Below are positions 63,792 to 64,000 of a stretch of DNA of 64,000 bases, piece after piece. The stretch is from assembly GCA_964589735.1 (NCBI GenBank), contig CAZPUL010000015.1, positions 11,165 to 75,164 on the forward strand, in the 5' to 3' direction. How positions within the stretch are numbered: position 1 is the first letter of the stretch; every line of letters begins with the position of its first letter. The translations under genes and the position numbers were made by a program. The notes under the pieces are model-generated. The model saw nothing but the letters and a program-made list of their open reading frames with translations. It was not told the origin of the DNA and did no database searches. The DNA is from an uncultured Verrucomicrobiota bacterium. Its GTDB lineage: Bacteria > Verrucomicrobiota > Verrucomicrobiia > Limisphaerales > JAEYXS01.

Positions 63792-64000
63792 ATGATTCTC
63801 AAAAAGGGCGAAAAAATTCATGTGATCCACCGGCGCAATTTCGAGAGCGAGGCGCGGCGGCATTTCGTGGGTGTGGTGGAGGGGTATGAGAATGGCGTGG
63901 CGCGGGTGACGGGCAACGTCTTCGCGGTGGACCGCTCCAAGTATGTCTTCGTGCGCCGGCCAGAGACGCGCACGCGCATCATCTCGCTGAGCAGCGGGGA
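63792..64000 (+). CDS. Hypothetical protein, 3' end cut by the window edge
   Basis: ATG 63792 opens a frame that runs to the window end (MILKKGEKIHVIHRRNFESEARRHFVGVVEGYENGVARVTGNVF...) with coding-like composition. It is absent from the ORF track because there is no stop. Confidence 0.5.
   Translation, partial: MILKKGEKIHVIHRRNFESEARRHFVGVVEGYENGVARVTGNVFAVDRSKYVFVRRPETRTRIISLSSG

Overview
GC-rich chromosomal segment whose gene content points to the PVC superphylum (Verrucomicrobiota/Planctomycetota-like): a PSCyt/PSD (DUF1549/DUF1553) + DUF1501 pair, two giant PVC-type heme-binding proteins, an FG-GAP protein, and a Tat-signal Gfo/Idh/MocA oxidoreductase next to a dihaem cytochrome c. I support about 50 CDS. 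These include an ABC ATPase + duplicated-FtsX permease, nrdR, a cusCBA-type Cu/Ag RND efflux operon with small Cys/His/Met-rich accessory proteins, aroB, trpG, trpD, folA, the pyruvate dehydrogenase operon aceE-aceF-lpdA with a ygfZ-like gene and a divergent lipoate ligase, a rhomboid protease, several alpha/beta hydrolases, mnmG, a circularly permuted ATP-grasp/alpha-E pair and opgG-X-opgH. No rRNA, tRNA, CRISPR array, transposase or phage gene was recognised. The many long ORFs antisense to real genes are GC-driven artefacts. The strongest non-coding signal is a cluster of five parS-type palindromes (TGTTCCACGTGGAACA) in and just downstream of mnmG. Two of them sit inside an ~80-bp inverted duplication, which suggests an origin-proximal centromere-like locus, although no parAB lies in the window. 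The window also holds several families of structured intergenic repeats: a three-hairpin element with covarying stems, GGTAGGG...CCCTACC inverted-repeat elements about 150-160 bp long, decamer ACACAGAT arrays and heptamer YYCAAVG arrays. Some of these lie inside operons or inside a CDS. Other leads are an uncharacterised gene translationally coupled between opgG and opgH, two low-GC patches, and small metal-motif proteins flanking the cus operon. All functional calls come from by-eye motif and family recognition. No database search was run.
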